A DNA stretch of 31,932 nucleotides, taken from IMG/VR virus record IMGVR_UViG_3300037424_000366, positions 1-31,932 of that record, one strand, 5' to 3'. The notes under the pieces were generated by a model. The model had not been told where the DNA came from. It ran no database searches and worked only from the letters and a program-made list of their open reading frames with translations. Positions within the stretch are counted from its first letter, which is position 1; the number at the start of each line of letters is the position of its first letter. Origin of the DNA: a virus (Duplodnaviria > Caudoviricetes). Shown in pieces: positions 27,081-31,932 of this stretch. The position numbers were made by a program, and so were the translations under genes.

Positions 27081-27851
27081 TTATTTAGTAGATTTATTTT
27101 TATTTTGAATTTCTCGAATTATTTCAACAACCATTTCTTTAATTACTGGCTTCATTTGTTCAACAATAACTTTTTTTACCCTTTCAATAGCATATGTTTC
27201 AATAATATGATTTTTTAATGCTTTATCTGCTAAATTAACAAAATGTTCATTAATGAAATTTATTGTGTGATTTCCAATTTGTTCTTGAATAATTTGCGGA
27301 TTAATACCACCCATTGGCATTGGCATATTTGATCTATTTTGTCCCATACCACTATTATATTCATTTATAACACCAGAATTATTATATTCTAAAGCAACAT
27401 CATAAATATTACCTCTGCTTGCACCGTTTGCATTAGTTCTGAAATTATTAAACATCATATTATCTCTTTCTTTAGATGCTAAATCATTTCTCATGCTTCC
27501 AGCACCGCCACCAACTGATTCATGCATTATAGGTGCAGGGGTTTTTTGCGTTTTAGGTGTTGCTGTAGTAATATGTTTGATTGTATTTTCGTCTAACGGT
27601 GCGTTATTATTAATACCTGTTTTAACATCAATATTTTTAGATCGGTGTTCAACCACCTTCATTTTATTCACTACTTTACTATGTGGATTATGTGTTTTTA
27701 AAGCATTCACTAATTCATTCAATTCATTATCAGCAGCAGTAGTTATTTGAGCAGATTCACCCATTGCAATTTGATTATTAATTTGTTCTGCTTTTCTTGC
27801 GTCAATTAATTTTTCAATGCCTTTAATATCAAAATTTTGCTTTTTTGCCAT
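27081..27851 (-). CDS. Hypothetical protein
   Basis: 256-aa ORF preceded by the promoter motif. Confidence 0.65.
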   Translation of the reverse strand: MAKKQNFDIKGIEKLIDARKAEQINNQIAMGESAQITTAADNELNELVNALKTHNPHSKVVNKMKVVEHRSKNIDVKTGINNNAPLDENTIKHITTATPKTQKTPAPIMHESVGGGAGSMRNDLASKERDNMMFNNFRTNANGASRGNIYDVALEYNNSGVINEYNSGMGQNRSNMPMPMGGINPQIIQEQIGNHTINFINEHFVNLADKALKNHIIETYAIERVKKVIVEQMKPVIKEMVVEIIREIQNKNKSTK

Positions 27852-27886
27852 AACTATGTATTTTTTTATAAAATTTTATTGTTTTT

Positions 27887-27895
27887 TATAAATAC
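27887..27895 (-). promoter_or_regulatory. GTATTTATA putative late promoter
   Basis: Intergenic, 35 nt upstream of the ATG at 27851. Confidence 0.55.
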
Positions 27896-27922
27896 GTTAA
27901 AATTTACAAAAAATTATATATT

Positions 27923-28831
27923 TCATTGAATTTCTTGTTCTTTTTTATCGCTTGCCTGTTTTACTTGGTTATTTGCATTAGTAAAAAACGATCTGTCTAT
28001 CGGTTGATTTCCTACAACATGTTCTCTATAAAGTTGTTCCATATTTCCAATAACATCATTTGGAGGATATTTACCTCTAAAATTATTATTTGCTGCATTT
28101 TGAGAAACAATTTTATAATCATTCAATTCTCTATCTTTTATTAATGCATAATTTTTCAATGATTCCTTTCGTTTTTTTCTAATTACATTACCAAATTGCA
28201 TTATCCTTTGTTTTATTTTATCTTTTTCCGTTTCAGGTTCTTGATAAAACTTTTTCCAAGCAACGTTTTGATTAGTCATGTCGGCATATGACATTCTATC
28301 ACCTTGAGTTATAGTTACATTAGGATCATCAATAGATTCTACACCAAATTCATCATATGGTGAATTATCTCCTTTATTAACTCTATAAAATATTTGAATC
28401 ATCCCATTATCATTGGGGTTATATTTAGGTCTAAACACATCGTTTTCAGCAAATCTCTTACTTAAAGGAATCGCTTCTTTAATACCGTCTAATCTAAATA
28501 ATCTCCAACCTGGCATATTATCTCTCCATAAATTACTTTTTCTGGCACTCCATCTATTAGATATTATACCACTGGCAGAATCAGAATCTCCCGCTTGTTG
28601 CCACGCTCTAATTGCAACATTACCACCAACATCATCACCTTTAGTAACACCCATTAAATATGGTTCAATTGTTCTATACCCTGCTTTTTGAGTGTCATCC
28701 CCTTTATAAAAAATTTGCACAATACGTTTATTCTCAATAGCATCTTTAAATAGATTTCTATCTACATATTCATTAAGAAATTGTTTCTTTAAATGTTTAT
28801 GTATTTCTCTTATAAAGTTGGTTTCTTTCAT
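27923..28831 (-). CDS. WYL-like domain protein
   Basis: AIENKRIVQIFY...RTIEPYLMG...IRAWQ...GWRLFRLDGI. Confidence 0.75.
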   Translation of the reverse strand: MKETNFIREIHKHLKKQFLNEYVDRNLFKDAIENKRIVQIFYKGDDTQKAGYRTIEPYLMGVTKGDDVGGNVAIRAWQQAGDSDSASGIISNRWSARKSNLWRDNMPGWRLFRLDGIKEAIPLSKRFAENDVFRPKYNPNDNGMIQIFYRVNKGDNSPYDEFGVESIDDPNVTITQGDRMSYADMTNQNVAWKKFYQEPETEKDKIKQRIMQFGNVIRKKRKESLKNYALIKDRELNDYKIVSQNAANNNFRGKYPPNDVIGNMEQLYREHVVGNQPIDRSFFTNANNQVKQASDKKEQEIQ

Positions 28832-28877
28832 AATTTTTGCAGAGAGGAGACTCTAACGCTTACGTGGGTTCTATTGA

Positions 28878-29126
28878 TTACGCTCGTGAATCATTATAAG
28901 GTTTATTTTTGTTATACATATTTTTTGCTTCTCCCTCATGTCTTTTTTGGATATCAGTTAATCCTCCAATTGATCCACTATTTTCTCCCTTACCCTTTTC
29001 ATCACCATCAGACAATGCCTTTGAATGGGCTGTGTTATATGGATCATTTGGTGTAAACAAAGTTGAAGTATTTCTTGCGAATTCTCTTTTTCTATATTGT
29101 TCGCTGTTTGCTAATAATCTGCTCAT
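28878..29126 (-). CDS. Small hypothetical protein
   Basis: 82-aa co-oriented ORF with an A-rich translation initiation region. Confidence 0.6.
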   Translation of the reverse strand: MSRLLANSEQYRKREFARNTSTLFTPNDPYNTAHSKALSDGDEKGKGENSGSIGGLTDIQKRHEGEAKNMYNKNKPYNDSRA

Positions 29127-29175
29127 TTTTATATTGTTTTATTAATTAATAATTATTTGTTGTGAACTATCCGTC

Positions 29176-29253
29176 TACAGTCTGTTATCTATCATTTATC
29201 ACGACATACTTACTGCTTCTATGTCGCGATTACATATCGGCTAAAGACCTGTA
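29176..29253 (-). ncRNA. Candidate structured RNA or long 5' leader
   Basis: Nested stems on the minus strand: TACAG(G)TCT / AGACTGTA encloses ATCGCGACATA / TATGTCGTGAT (11 bp, one G-U). Begins about 17 nt downstream of the promoter motif. Confidence 0.4.
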
Positions 29254-29270
29254 AGTTTTATATTTCTATT

Positions 29271-29279
29271 TATAAATAC
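29271..29279 (-). promoter_or_regulatory. GTATTTATA putative late promoter
   Basis: Intergenic copy of the recurrent motif. Confidence 0.55.
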
Positions 29280-29331
29280 TTAATTTAAAACAATATCCAC
29301 ATATTGTTTTTTTCATAACTAAATTTTAATA

Positions 29332-30153
29332 TTAATCGTCGTATTTTGTTGCAGCAATTCTAACGTAATCTAACAAATTAGGAACTGCCATATTTTTATT
29401 TATTTTTGATAATTCATCAGAAGATAACCACATATAGCCATCGTTTTCTTTATCTAATTTCACGTTATATGTATCATATCTATCAGGTAATTTAGATATA
29501 AATAAATGTTCAACATTTCTTTCATCTCTTTGAATTACAAAAATTTCTTTTAAATTTTCTAATTTAATACCTGTTTCTTCTAACGCTTCTCTTTTAGCTG
29601 CAACAATAGGTTCTTCTCCTTCTTCAACACCACCACCAACTAAACATAATTTATTTGGCATCCATTGATCAGGAAATGATGCCCTTTTAAGAATTAAAAC
29701 CCTCATTTCACTATCAAAAATTATAATTAAAGCGTTTAATATTAATTTATTTTCGTCGTTTTCTTCCTCTTTATTAATTTCTTCGTCTTCTGTTAATGTA
29801 ACATGTCCCGTTTGTGCTTTTAGTGTGGGATCATTTAAATTAATATCAATTGGTCTTTTAATATCAGTGCTATTTGCTGTTCGTGTTCTTTCACTCATAA
29901 GAGTTTTCTCAACAAATTTTTTCATGTGTTCACCACCCATCAAATTGAATTGAATTTTATCGTCTTCACTATCCATATGATCGTAAAAATTTTTAATCCT
30001 TTTCATTTGTTGATAAGTAAGATTACCTGATTTAATTATGTTTTTTGCTCTTTTAATGCCTTTATTATTAGGTGCTGACATTAATTTAGCATTAATTATT
30101 TTTAATAAATAATCGGGTATTTTATATGTATTACCGTATAATTGTGAATTCAT
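29332..30153 (-). CDS. Nudix hydrolase with an unknown N-terminal domain
   Basis: Nudix box GGVEEGEEPIVAAKREALEETG. Confidence 0.88.
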   Translation of the reverse strand: MNSQLYGNTYKIPDYLLKIINAKLMSAPNNKGIKRAKNIIKSGNLTYQQMKRIKNFYDHMDSEDDKIQFNLMGGEHMKKFVEKTLMSERTRTANSTDIKRPIDINLNDPTLKAQTGHVTLTEDEEINKEEENDENKLILNALIIIFDSEMRVLILKRASFPDQWMPNKLCLVGGGVEEGEEPIVAAKREALEETGIKLENLKEIFVIQRDERNVEHLFISKLPDRYDTYNVKLDKENDGYMWLSSDELSKINKNMAVPNLLDYVRIAATKYDD

Positions 30154-30165
30154 TATTTGTTTTAA

Positions 30166-31794
30166 TTATAAACTATATTGATATTTTAGCTTCCCACTAT
30201 CATAAATACGATAATAATTTCTTTCCAACATTATTGTGTGTTCACTTTTCATAAAATCATATCCATCTTTAATTAAATTATCTTTTCTAAATCCAAACCT
30301 ATGATATCTTTTTATTTGATTTCTATTAAAATAACTATAGTCGGCATTAGTTTTATATATTTCATTAAACCCCAATTTCACATATAAACCACCATTGCTA
30401 TACCTCCTATCTGCAAAACTAATAACCTCTTTAGGTTGATAATTCTTAATGAAAAATTTAAATAATTTGCTTGCACCCCCTATTACATTTGTATTTAATT
30501 TATTACAAAATCTATTCAATTCAAAAGAATTCTCTTGTATTGCTATTGATTTTCTAGTTTTTATAAACGTCATTAACGAAACCAATTCATTTTCATGAAA
30601 TAATCCTAATTTAAATTTAGATTTTACATATCCTTGTATGTGATTTTTATCTAAAAAGTCTCTAATCAATTTATTATCAATTATTTCTTTTATTTCACAT
30701 TTTCTAGCAAAAATCTTATTTTCAGTTAAACCTAATTTATTTTTGATCATTGATTTAACAATATCTGACTTATAAACCCATTCATCTTCAAAAATATGAA
30801 TTAACTGTATTCCTTTTTCTTGACATAAATTAGTTTTATTAAAATGATAATTTTTATCTTTAAAAAGTTCGGAATGATAATATAAACCATTAAATTCAAT
30901 TGCTAAATTATGATCTGGTAAATATATATCTAATTCTTTGCCATTAAGTATTGATCTATTGTTTTCGATAATTTTTGTTTTTGTTATTGTTTTTAAATAA
31001 TTAACAATTTCTTCTTCATATTTTGATATTGATATTCCACATTTATTACACCCATACCCTTTCAAATGAGACTGTGGTGTTTGATTAAATTCGCCATGTT
31101 TAGAACATATGATTTTAATATTGGTATAATTATTATTATGTATTTTATTTGCTTTATCTACAAAACTATTATAACCTAACGATAATTTATTGTTTTTACA
31201 TTTAGAACACCCTGCATTATTATTAATATGATCCGAGGGTTTTTGTTCAAATACACCGTGTTCAGGACATATAATTTTGATTTTAGTTTGGGAGTTTTTA
31301 TAATCCACTAGTGAATAATCATATTTATCACCATGAACTTGAATTGCTTTTTTTGTGAATTGATTAACATTGTCTTTCTTTTTTGCTGACCTGACGCTAA
31401 CACCGCATTTTTTACATCCATGCCCTTGTAAATGTGAATTTGCCTCTTGTTCAAATACGCCGTGTTCGGGACAAATGATTTTAACTTTATTTATGTTTCC
31501 AATATAGTTTGTTAATGAGTAATCATATTTATCACCATGAATTTGGGTTGCTTTTTTTATAAATTTTTTCGTGTTTAATTTTCTACTATCATTTCTATTT
31601 TTATAACTACATTTTAAACAATTACCACCCTTTAAATGTGTTGCAGCTATTTGTTCAAATACGCCGTGTTCGGGACATATGATTTTGATTTTACTTTGAG
31701 AATTTTTATAATTCACTAACGAGTAATCATATTTATTTTTATGTATTTTATTTGCTCTATTTATAAAATCATCTAACGTTAATTTTTTATTCAT
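30166..31794 (-). CDS. Putative homing endonuclease: zinc repeats, PD-(D/E)xK/Vsr-like domain and C-terminal GNAT-like domain
   Basis: KYDYS-CPEHG repeats; [22 protein letters not shown]; FLDKNHIQG...ELNRFC...GGASKLF...SFADRR...LYVKLGF. Start moved to MNKKLT because the track's GTG start lies inside the IS end. Confidence 0.78.
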   Translation of the reverse strand: MNKKLTLDDFINRANKIHKNKYDYSLVNYKNSQSKIKIICPEHGVFEQIAATHLKGGNCLKCSYKNRNDSRKLNTKKFIKKATQIHGDKYDYSLTNYIGNINKVKIICPEHGVFEQEANSHLQGHGCKKCGVSVRSAKKKDNVNQFTKKAIQVHGDKYDYSLVDYKNSQTKIKIICPEHGVFEQKPSDHINNNAGCSKCKNNKLSLGYNSFVDKANKIHNNNYTNIKIICSKHGEFNQTPQSHLKGYGCNKCGISISKYEEEIVNYLKTITKTKIIENNRSILNGKELDIYLPDHNLAIEFNGLYYHSELFKDKNYHFNKTNLCQEKGIQLIHIFEDEWVYKSDIVKSMIKNKLGLTENKIFARKCEIKEIIDNKLIRDFLDKNHIQGYVKSKFKLGLFHENELVSLMTFIKTRKSIAIQENSFELNRFCNKLNTNVIGGASKLFKFFIKNYQPKEVISFADRRYSNGGLYVKLGFNEIYKTNADYSYFNRNQIKRYHRFGFRKDNLIKDGYDFMKSEHTIMLERNYYRIYDSGKLKYQYSL

Positions 31795-31805
31795 AATAAT
31801 GGAGT

Positions 31806-31932
31806 GTAAACTACCCACCCACGCAAAGCGATGGGATGGGCTTTAAACCCGACAACGAATGCAAAGAGCAATACATAGTCGATTTTTCGGGCATAGTTAC
31901 AGATACCCCAAGTAAAGAGATATTTTGGGCAG
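31806..31932 (-). mobile_element. Right end of an IS200/IS605-family element (hairpin, probable omega/reRNA scaffold)
   Basis: Minus strand gcccatcccatcgctttgcgtgggtgggtagtttac: an imperfect GC-rich hairpin ending in TTTAC, overlapping the tnpB 3' end. Confidence 0.75.
31811..31930 (-). CDS. tnpB: C-terminal 39 aa of a TnpB (5'-truncated by the window edge)
   Basis: [39 protein letters not shown]. AxNI follows the RuvC III Asp in TnpB, and the tail reads through the end hairpin. Confidence 0.65.
   Translation of the reverse strand, partial: AQNISLLGVSVTMPEKSTMYCSLHSLSGLKPIPSLCVGG

Noticed and set aside
28838-28873. Short GC-richer intergenic stretch before the WYL gene
   Set aside because: Only 4-bp stems are possible and there is no convincing match to the IS end motif.
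1871-29145. Other short plus-strand ORFs (e.g. 1871, 5413, 11920, 15020, 17143, 17342, 22183, 23560, 25681, 27493, 27926, 28413, 28793, 28909) and nested 4520..4708
   Set aside because: They overlap well-supported minus-strand genes and lack recognisable motifs.
29209-29252. CAGGTC and GAAGCAG words reminiscent of SRP RNA domain IV
   Set aside because: Spacing and pairing do not fit the SRP helix with its GNRA tetraloop.
26141-29504. TATAAATA copies inside coding regions (26141, 29497)
   Set aside because: They lack the flanking consensus base and a nearby start; expected by chance in AT-rich DNA.
1-31932. Stop-codon reassignment as seen in some large phages
   Set aside because: Long ORFs tile the strand under the standard code, and TAG (12290) and TGA (27923) end genes at sensible boundaries.

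Overview
Strongly AT-rich fragment of a large (jumbo-type) myovirus-like phage genome. Essentially all real genes are on the minus strand and read with standard stop codons. The left third (1-11.3 kb) is a tail/baseplate module: gp25-like, gp6/baseplate-J-like wedge, a P2 gpI-like wedge protein, and a delta-60-type propeller protein on a long Thr-rich stalk. A glycosyltransferase sits between the two Thr-stalk genes. The middle (15-25 kb) encodes a ParB-like protein, a HAD RNA-repair phosphatase fused to a lytic transglycosylase, a 2H phosphoesterase, a CCA-adding-type nucleotidyltransferase fused to an Acb1-like 2H domain, and a 1518-aa multidomain protein ending in a second Acb1-like domain. 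Many domain borders carry [LIV]xE motifs like T4 prohead-protease sites. The right end has WYL-like and Nudix proteins. The window also holds three free-standing endonuclease genes, an IS607-type tnpB behind a chimeric tnpB/tnpA relic, the 3' end of an IS200/IS605 tnpB, and an orphan copy of that element's end. A GTATTTATA motif recurs just upstream of genes, and one copy precedes a candidate structured RNA. All family calls come from motif recognition by eye; no database searches were run.
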